Source: Stegostoma tigrinum
Lineage: Eukaryota
Assembly (NCBI RefSeq): GCF_030684315.1
Contig: NC_081374.1
Location: 13,752,837-13,816,836 of the forward strand
Direction: 5' to 3'
Length of the DNA: 64,000 nucleotides
Shown: piece by piece, positions 62,255 through 64,000 of the stretch
Numbering within the stretch: position 1 is the stretch's first letter
Layout of the letters: each line of letters begins with the position of its first letter
Notes under the pieces: model-generated
What the model saw: the letters and a program-made list of their open reading frames with translations, nothing else
Database searches by the model: none
Told to the model about the DNA's origin: nothing
Program-made: the position numbers and the translations under genes

Positions 62255-63367
62255 ATGAAGTGGCTGCTCTTTGCATTTGCTTGCCTTCAGGTCTCTGAGT
62301 GCATTGTCAGGTAAGGCCCGGTGATCATAGTCTTGTTTACAAAGGTAGGTTATGTTTTGACCGTGCTTCCTCACAGAGGAAAGGCGCAATATCACCGAAA
62401 TGTCTTCACTTCACTTTGAATGTTTTAGTTCTGACTCTTTCTTCTTCCGTTACGAACATTGGAAATGGAGAAATTCGGAGTATGCCTTGTGCCTTTTCTA
62501 TCCATCAATGAGATAGAGTTTGATACATATCCCTTCATGCCTTTAAAAAATAGACAATCAATCTCAAATTTAAAATTTACAGCTTATATGTAGCGTCAAT
62601 TATCATGACTGAATAGAGCTTAGACTACCACTAATCTTTGCATATAGAAGTGTTTCCTAATTTCTTTCCTGAAACGTTTTAATCTTATTTTAGACCAGTC
62701 ATCAGTCCTAGACTCCCCACAGAGCAGAATTTGTTTCTGACTACCTGTTCCCTTAGTAGCTTAAAAATTTCAATCAAATCACTCCTTAATCTTAGAAATT
62801 CCAAGCAATTTAACCTTACGGGGGCAGCATGGTGGATTACTGGTTAGAACTGCTGCTTCACAGTGCCTGGGCTCAATTCCAACCACAGGTGGCTGCCTGT
62901 GTGGAGTTTGCATGTTCTCCTCTGGTCTGCGAAGGTTTCCACCAAGTACTCTGATTTCCTCCCACAATCCAAAAATGTGTACATTAGGTGGATTGGCCAT
63001 GCTAAATTGTCTGCCACGTCCAGGAAATTGCAGGCTAATTGGATTAGCCATGGAAAAGGTAAGTTTAAGGGGATAGGGTCAGGGGTCTGGGTGGGATGCT
63101 GTTTGGACAGCTGGTGCAGACCCAGCTGTAGTAGAATTATTTCACTTAATTTTGATGGAAATATTTGTCAGCAATTTGATCCAAATTCTCTCCTATCCTT
63201 GCAGAGTGAAACTATTTAAGGGTAAGTCAGTCCGTGATATCTTGGAAGAACGTGGTCTACTCAAGGGCTTTTTAAAAGAACATGGACGCAATCTGTATTC
63301 GAAATACCTCAGACCATCCCAGGTGGACACATCAGCTGCGACAGAATCACTCATAAACAGCCTGGAT
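62255..63367 (+). CDS. Pepsinogen-like gene 3, partial (exons 1-2; continues beyond the window)
   Basis: Exon 1 62255-62310 (56 nt, MKWLLFAFACLQVSECIVR, AG|gtaagg). Exon 2 63205-63367 (163 nt, VKLFKGKSVRDILEERGLLKGFLKEHGRNLYSKYLRPSQVDTSAATESLINSLD, GAT|gtaagt). Confidence 0.9.
62819..63125 (+). mobile_element. HE1/V-SINE-type SINE in gene 3 intron 1
   Basis: GGCAGCATGGTGG..TGGTTAG head, GTGTGGAGTTTGCATGTTCTCC body. Confidence 0.8.
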
Positions 63368-63539
63368 GTAAGTAACCACCATGCTTTTAAAGGAAAGCAG
63401 CAAACAGAGTAGAATTGAGACAGTAACATGCTCCAATTGATTTTATTACATATTTCTCCTTCTTAACTGTACCATATGTATCTGAAATCCAAATCTTGGC
63501 ATCGTTCATGCTGCAATGGATATACTGTAGGACTATACG

Positions 63540-63852
63540 AAGTAAGTGCAGCATTGTCGGAGACGCTGTCTTTTTGGGGAGGGTTAACTCAGGTTATGTC
63601 TGCCCTCTTAGGTGAACAAAACAAATTCCAAAGAATTTTCCAAAGCAGCACAGGGTACTTCTCTTTAGTGCCCTTGCCAACAATTCGCCCTCAATCAACA
63701 TCACTAAATAAAACTATTTGTTCCCTCGCTGCCATGTGTTTGGAGCATATTGTTAGAAAATTGGCTGTCAGGTGTTTCCCAAAATTCAAAAGAGTGCTTT
63801 ATCAGCTGGTAAATGCTTCGCGATGTCCTACAGTTGTGAAAGTTATGACATA
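63540..63852 (+). mobile_element. Deu-domain SINE (SacSINE1/AmnSINE1-like)
   Basis: AGTGCAGCATTGTCGGAGACGCTGTCTTT..TCTGCCCTCTTAGGTG..AATTGGCTG..GTGAAA. Confidence 0.7.
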
Positions 63853-64000
63853 AATTCACAATCATTCGATTTTTCTCATCACCAAAATCGCAGGAAAGGT
63901 ATTTCATTCTATTCAGAATTGTTAATATTACTTTCACAGTTTCACGTTTACAAATGAGACTGACAAGAGCCATTCAGCATTTCTGCACATTATTATAAGC

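Overview
This is eukaryotic genomic DNA, very probably from a shark. The inference rests on HE1/V-SINE-type SINEs, Deu-domain SINEs, CR1 LINEs and Penelope-like elements. The window holds a pepsinogen (A1-family aspartic protease) cluster. Gene 1 is a complete 9-exon gene on the minus strand (21521->11282, 388 aa). Gene 2 is a complete 9-exon gene on the plus strand (32416->47410, 388 aa), head-to-head with gene 1. Gene 3 shows only exons 1-2 on the plus strand (62255->63367) and runs off the window end. I assembled all exons by hand: GT-AG introns, canonical pepsinogen exon sizes and phases, both DTG catalytic motifs and six cysteines in each mature enzyme. The rest is mostly transposable-element DNA: CR1 fragments, several SINE families, a decayed full-length Gypsy-type LTR element, a solo LTR of the same family, and many Penelope-like insertions. 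The Penelope insertions often form hairpins with target-site duplications and carry minimal hammerhead-ribozyme cores. The largest, 1.85 kb with ~713-bp inverted arms and a ribozyme core on each strand, sits about 320 bp upstream of the gene 1 TATA box. Other points of interest are paralog-specific changes at zymogen-control and substrate-binding positions, a promoter motif shared by all three paralogs, and a piece of an intronic G-rich repeat apparently copied into a SINE about 6.4 kb away. No prokaryotic systems or CRISPR arrays are present. Most ORFs in the supplied track are spurious or TE-derived. Coordinates were read by hand; TE boundaries are approximate.
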